Source: Octopus vulgaris (Eukaryota). From it: DNA of 64,000 nt. The stretch lies in NCBI GenBank assembly GCA_951406725.2, contig OX597814.1:194680001-194744000 (forward strand), given 5' to 3'. Within the stretch, counting starts at the first letter, position 1; each line of letters starts with the position of its first letter. Made by a program: the position numbers and the translations under genes. The notes below the pieces were generated by a model that made no database searches, was not told the origin of the DNA, and saw only the letters and a program-made list of their open reading frames with translations. Shown piece after piece: positions 60,501 through 64,000 of this stretch.

Positions 60501-62091
60501 GCATCCATTCACCTCCCCTCTGATATCAAACCTATTTTACCAGACCTACCTGTCAAAGTGCTAACACTGAGCTGACACTGATTCAAGTGGACCTGAAATT
60601 AAAAACCTGAAAACAAGAAGGTTGTTGCTGACAGTGAAATGGGTGGTCACATCTGGAGCTACTCCTGTACCATACTCCATACTAACACAGCAGATGTCAG
60701 AGCTAACAGCTACTGGGTGGTCACATCTGGAACTATCCTTACATGTATCAATATTTCCACCAGCAACATAAAATTTATATCTTCGATGCATACCTGTAAA
60801 GTACAATGAACATCATCATCATTGTTTAACGTCCGCTTTCCATGCAAGCATGGGTTGGACGCAACATTTAATATATTATCATTCCTTTTCTCTTCTTGTC
60901 TTCTTGCGCCAAGGCTACAGGCATTGGCAACTAGGAACCTCCATGCCCAAGTCTGAAGATTCATGACTTTGGGAAAGAAACTGTAGTGGTTTCTTGTTGC
61001 TTCCAAGCTTGTTTAATTACACTTTATTTTTATTTCTTTATTGCCCAGAGGGGACTAAACATAGAGGGAACATACAAGGACAGACAAAGGGATTGAGTCG
61101 ATTACATCGACCCCAGTGCATAACTGGTACTTAATTTATCGACCCTGAAAGGATAAAAGGCAAAGTCGACCTAGGCGGAATTTGAACTCAGAACGTAACG
61201 GCAGGCAAAATACCCATTACTTTACTACCCACAAGGGGCTAAACACAGAGGGGACAAACAAGGCCAGACAAAGGGATTAAGTCGATTACATCGACCCCAG
61301 TGCGTAAGTGGTACTTAATTTATTGACCCCGAAAGGATGAAAGGCAAAGTCGACCTTGGCGGAATTTGAACTCAGAACGTAACAGCAGACAAAATACTGC
61401 TAAGGATTTTGCCCGGCGTACTAACGTTTCTGCCAGCTCACCACCTCTCAAGATTACCTTTCAAGCACAGGAAGTGATTCGCATAAAATCAGAGCAAGTC
61501 CACAGATGTCTTGGTATGACAAGACTATCCCCCATCAAATTTCTGTATACCTTGGCCATAGGATCATCCTCTGCTATTTGATTCACAAATGGGGCCCTTG
61601 AATGTACTATCACCATGGGGTAGGGCAAACCTAAGAATATGTGTTAATTAAGGTTAACTCCACATCTCTCAAAACTCTTTGAATTCCCAAATTAGAGCCT
61701 CACCACAAGATATAGTTATTGCCCAAGACAATAGTATCAGTATTATAGAAAAATACAACATTATTATAGTAATTTAAACTCTTCATTACACATAAGTTAG
61801 CTTGGACAGAAAATATAACTTACTTCTGGTGATGCTGTACAAATGTAGTCACATACTTGAACACAGAAAAATAAGAATATTAAAGTTTCATTTATAATGT
61901 ATACCTCTGATTTTTAGGGTTAAAATTATGGAAAAGTGTGTATTGAACTTGAATCAATACAGCATATTTTATATTCTTTTCATTGAAAATAAACAACAAA
62001 ATCATTCATGTGTCCTCAGCGTCCAATAATACTATATTTGTTCCACGTCTTCGCGTTGTTGTATTTTCTCTTTGTGTTTTCATGTTTGGAT

Positions 62092-62145
<54 letters not shown>

Positions 62146-62304
62146 ACAATAATGACAGGCTTTCCTCTTCAAAGCCAGAAAATTCTTTGGTCCCAGCAAT
62201 TATTAACCAAAACAAACCTCAGGTGAGACTCAATAAAATATTTCTCTTGTATCTGTGACACAACTACTACTACACATAGACATGCTATATTGTATAATAA
62301 TAAC

Positions 62305-62364
<60 letters not shown>

Positions 62365-63487
62365 CCCATGCAAGTTTGATGTCTTGCAAAAAGCAGCTTT
62401 ATTGGACACAGCACACATCTTAAGGAAAGTATTATCTGTCTGAGGTCCTTGTTCTAACTTGACAGACTAAAGACTCTGGTGCATTTTTACCTACACTGTG
62501 TTATGAAGGAATGATAATATAAAAAGGCCACCAGACAGATTGGTTATGGAGCCAATTTCAAATACACAACAACTTCAGGCTGTAGATGTGCTGTCTGTTT
62601 CTTTACTCTTCCTCTTGTACTGCTCTACTGTAGTGGTTAATGTTCCTCTGGGACTGGCCGATCCCCATGCCACTATCATTCAGGTCCATCCACCCTCACT
62701 TATCTCTCTTCCTCTCTTCACCCAAGTCCCACATAAACAATTATTTCTGGGCCTTTCTTCTCAGAATGTCATTCAACTAGAATTTCCTCCTGACCCACAC
62801 CTTTCCTACACATGTTAACTTGCAGTTGTTGAAGAACATCAACTGTGCCAATCTCCCTGGTTTCAAAGACGTGCAAAAGTCAAGAGAAAAGCCTTTCCAC
62901 TAGATCAAACCAAAGTCCATCCCCTCCTCACTGTGGTGGGGATGCTGGTAACGGGTAGTGTCAGAGCTATGCCGTTGGGAACTTCGATTCCTGGTAAAGC
63001 CACCCAAGGCAGATTGGTCTGACACTGAGTGGTATTAGGGCCACAACCTGGCAGACGGGGCTCTGGTGAAAATCCTTGGAGTGTCTGTTTCAGCAACCGG
63101 CGGCTCCTCGGTTGTTCTGCCCCTGCATCTGCGGCAAACAGGATGTCTCTTCATGTGGGATTGGTGGGGACCACTTGTCAAATCCACATATTCCCACGAA
63201 ACTTCCTCCATGAATTCTCAATGGCGAATACAATGCCTTGAGGGTGGTAGAAGAAGCCGACTCAACCTGCCTAGGGTGAATGTCGCCACAAGTACAAGTA
63301 AGTAAGTATCAAACCATAAATAAATAAAAAAACCCATCAGTTCCTAAATTATGTGAGGATCAGTGGCAAGGGTATAACTGAAAACAACACAATGAGATTA
63401 CTGGATAAGACAAAACATACTTACATAGCAAGCATCTTTTGACCATAAGAGATTTGTTTGTGGGAGACTTGAATCTTCTGGTTGAGA
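34027..63487 (-). CDS. GPCPD1: Glycerophosphocholine phosphodiesterase GPCPD1/GDE5-like, 3' portion (13 exons in window; N-terminal CBM20 exons beyond the right edge)
   Basis: Exons (-) 63487-63425, 57144-57034, 55913-55739, 52985-52853, 51326-51275, 50230-50138, 48971-48891, 47972-47939, 45169-45048, 43888-43758, 40362-40227, 39659-39499, 34069-34027; phases join into one frame. GDPD motifs: IGHRGMG, ENTIASF, GADFVEMDVHLTKDHVPVIYHD, QPFPTL, GFNVEIKYP, KQNKYPVLFLTQG, LIAWG. Confidence 0.92.
34431..34981 (+). mobile_element. Second copy of the same mariner deletion derivative
   Basis: Same TIRs, TA TSD, same deletion junction, [17 protein letters not shown]. Confidence 0.93.
35918..36281 (+). 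mobile_element. RTE-clade LINE 3' fragment
   Basis: LDGTYTRLLMRALNLSWKRHPT...RRVQFAGHCCR...LLWKP...RGR; (GAT)n tail; TAATAATGG TSD. Confidence 0.85.
36811..37513. repeat. Local tandem duplication (~238 bp), second copy interrupted by a MITE
   Basis: AAAGTGGGTCTTATATGCCATCAGATACAGTAATTAA...GTAGAACAAATCGAAAGAAAGTG present twice. Confidence 0.9.
37081..37309. mobile_element. piggyBac-like MITE with TTAA TSD
   Basis: TTAA-CCCTTTAG...CTAAAGGG-TTAA; the empty site is visible in the adjacent duplicate; relative at 54835-55040. Confidence 0.85.
39499..39659 (-). CDS. GPCPD1: GPCPD1 exon
   Basis: GICAHAEELLKDTELMEMCARENLSLIAWGTDIENCDNMKVLTDYPLTGLIYN(R); AAG/GTAAGT. Confidence 0.93.
40227..40362 (-). 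CDS. GPCPD1: GPCPD1 exon
   Basis: LHLKQNKYPVLFLTQGINSHWMSYKDARCHTTSTAISFAKAESLP; CAG/GTGAGT. Confidence 0.95.
40390..41210 (-). mobile_element. CR1-clade LINE fragment interrupted by a SINE (40553-40784)
   Basis: [33 protein letters not shown]; inserted SINE flanked by the 21-bp duplication AGGTATACTGTTGGTGAATGT (40532-40552, 40785-40805). Confidence 0.85.
43758..43888 (-). CDS. GPCPD1: GPCPD1 exon
   Basis: DGTMESEDIFDANFFLDIILAKIFKHSGKRKIIFSTFEPDLCC; TAG/GTAAGT. Confidence 0.94.
43941..44213. repeat. Long inverted repeat (arms ~115 bp, spacer ~40 bp)
   Basis: Arms 43941-44057 and 44099-44213; core 82 bp differ at only 2 positions; inner ends TACAGGACAT..AAAAAACGTT / AACGTTTTTTTTTGATGTCCTGTA. 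Confidence 0.9.
44335..44545 (+). mobile_element. ~210-bp Penelope-pLTR-like element with minimal hammerhead-like motif (44406-44443), inserted in (TA)n
   Basis: TCTTT-CTGTCGA-A-GAGC-GTAG-GCTC-GAAACGT-A-AAAGA; homologous copies at 31416-31612 and 33030-33210. Confidence 0.6.
45048..45169 (-). CDS. GPCPD1: GPCPD1 exon
   Basis: PITETDGNPDQPFPTLEKCLEEVPEEIGFNVEIKYPLECI; TAG/GTAAGT. Confidence 0.94.
46568..46964 (-). mobile_element. Non-autonomous Helitron
   Basis: 5' TCTTTATATATAAA start, subterminal hairpin CCCGAGCAACGCTGGG, 3' CTAG end, A|T insertion site. Confidence 0.8.
47425..47888. repeat. Complex (CA/CACT/CGCT) microsatellite
   Basis: About 460 bp of ACACACATACACTC(A/G)CTC variants. 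Confidence 0.95.
47939..47972 (-). CDS. GPCPD1: GPCPD1 34-nt exon
   Basis: LFYRLKEPDYW; cttttcag/GTAAGT; supplies the phase 0 to phase 1 change needed between neighbouring exons. Confidence 0.8.
48891..48971 (-). CDS. GPCPD1: GPCPD1 exon
   Basis: KDPMTLFDNHTKMLIKNLTLKQLQSLK; CAG/GTGAGT. Confidence 0.92.
50138..50230 (-). CDS. GPCPD1: GPCPD1 exon (metal-binding ExD, catalytic HD)
   Basis: GADFVEMDVHLTKDHVPVIYHDFYIDIAMEQ; TAG/GTAAGA. Confidence 0.95.
50636..50735 (-). ncRNA. Type I hammerhead ribozyme motif (Penelope pLTR-like), intronic, sense to GPCPD1
   Basis: Minus strand reads TGCA-CTGACGA-GAATGGTAA...TTACCATTT-GAAA-C-AATC-G-TA-TGCA: canonical core, 9-bp stem II, minimal stem III, GUA cleavage triplet, 4-bp stem I. 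Confidence 0.7.
51275..51326 (-). CDS. GPCPD1: GPCPD1 exon
   Basis: NSVMENTIASFCAAGHY; TAG/GTAAGT. Confidence 0.92.
52853..52985 (-). CDS. GPCPD1: GPCPD1 exon (start of GDPD domain)
   Basis: VKYCITKPLQGHHCSLDFSYQKQLQHQKDPLHIGHRGMGSSFTL; CAG/GTAAGT. Confidence 0.93.
53059..53255 (+). mobile_element. tRNA-derived SINE family D (representative copy)
   Basis: GGAGGCGCAATGGCCCAATGGTTAGGG...GGGTTCAATTCCC head plus shared body; copies at ~18864-19225(+), 8170-8465(-), 58160-58390(-). Confidence 0.75.
55198..55602. mobile_element. MITE with GG-terminal TIRs and 8-bp TSD (Merlin-like)
   Basis: GGATCTTTTCGGTTTGACCGCAGTTTTT / AAAAAACTGCCGTTCAAACCAAAAAGATCC; flanks CATTTGGG / CATTTGAG. Confidence 0.7.
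55739..55913 (-). CDS. GPCPD1: GPCPD1 exon
   Basis: GFRLDFYGCHTSVENNPLTNGPTHIGYSYILPSILKDSLGTATTYISTLDQKIAGEIK; AAG acceptor, GTGAGT donor. Confidence 0.88.
57034..57144 (-). CDS. GPCPD1: GPCPD1 exon
   Basis: VLTEENYQSTKQSNFGCVYEPDSVLTFKSQVLDSSKI; TAG/GTAAGT. Confidence 0.85.
59050..59335 (-). mobile_element. Penelope-like element remnant (GIY-YIG endonuclease C-terminus)
   Basis: KFAEKYHSQDITVTIMSTE*NIGNLRIKEAILITKLNPPINNG resembles the RIKEA-I----P-LN end of PLE GIY-YIG domains; in-frame stop; abuts (TA)n. Confidence 0.65.
60195..60480 (+). mobile_element. Hero-clade non-LTR retrotransposon 3' end
   Basis: YELGLTHRKVNTTMADIQTTAEKASHWIWLKRDDEQWLEEY* (AEKAS-WIWLKR signature) followed by a stem-loop 3' UTR. 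Confidence 0.75.
62913..63307 (+). mobile_element. Non-autonomous RTE-derived bipartite retroelement (5' UTR plus 3' end)
   Basis: RTE 5' motif GAGCTATGCC...CTGGTAAAGCCACCCAAGGCAG..GGTC; 3' end GAAGCCGACTCAACC...GGGTGAATG similar to 686-932; (CAAGTA/AGTA)n tail; TSD ATCAAACCA. Confidence 0.65.
63425..63487 (-). CDS. GPCPD1: GPCPD1 exon (most 5' in window)
   Basis: TAG acceptor, GTAAGT donor, 63 nt; SQPEDSSLPQTNLLWSKDACY in phase 0. All three frames are open, so the frame is inferred from the next exon. Confidence 0.6.
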
Positions 63488-64000
63488 CTAAAATTTGCAG
63501 AAAAGAAATGGGGAACACACAATAAATAACATTATATTTGGAAAGTAAAGGAAAGAAAAACTTGGTAAAATATTAATAATAATCCTAACTCACAATATGT
63601 TGGAGGCCAGAACTTTAGGATTCCGAGAAACAGGAAATTAATCAATCGTCCCTCAGAAAGGGCATCCTGTCATCCTTACCTCATCTGAACTAGAGATAAC
63701 TTCATGTTTAAACAGAGATCATATTCCACATGGTCACATTTTCCACTAATGTGTCCAAAAATTCAGGCTTAAGGTTCTCTGGAAATGGCTGACATCTTTT
63801 ATGTCCAATGTCTTCCTTCTGTTCATGTAGTGCCGGCATTTTACATGCCATGTTAACTGATATTTGGCAACTCGGCAGCTTTACGTTAAATAAGAATAAA
63901 AAATAAAAATACAATTGAGTATGGAAGTATAGACTTTAGCTTATAAGCTCAGTAGCGTCCACAGTTTATAATGAATGCAAAATAGACAAATCATGTTTCA

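Noticed and set aside
61824-61855. Possible extra 32-nt GPCPD1 exon (AAG acceptor, GTAAGT donor); a similar 32-nt candidate ends at 59049
   Set aside because: Not needed for frame, since 63425 joins 57144 in phase 0; no recognisable similarity; the 59049 candidate lies in a Penelope remnant. Cannot be fully excluded without RNA-seq.

Overview
AT-rich, repeat-dense eukaryotic DNA. The SINE/LINE repertoire suggests a coleoid cephalopod (Octopus-like); this is inference from recognised repeat sequences. Three genes were reconstructed by reading splice sites and frames. (1) A complete 14-coding-exon GTF2H4 (TFIIH p52/Tfb2) on + (4046-25365, 455 aa). (2) The 3' part (13 exons, about 444 aa) of a GPCPD1-like glycerophosphocholine phosphodiesterase on - (63487-34027); its 5' end lies beyond the window. 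(3) A probable first exon of a divergent, head-to-head gene whose 70 aa look like a mitochondrial presequence (3734-3525, -). Introns and intergenic DNA carry tRNA-derived SINEs, 5'-truncated RTE and CR1 LINEs, Hero and Penelope remnants, mariner deletion derivatives, piggyBac-like, Merlin-like and other MITEs, a Helitron and microsatellites. Most notable non-coding signals: a canonical-core type I hammerhead ribozyme motif on the sense strand of a GPCPD1 intron (50636-50735); three copies of a minimal hammerhead-like element with a CUGUNGA core; and a 42-bp satellite switching to a 124/125-bp trimeric higher-order repeat with a conserved mini-hairpin. Nearly all ORFs in the supplied track are repeat artefacts or exon fragments. 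No CRISPR, rRNA or bona fide tRNA gene was found.
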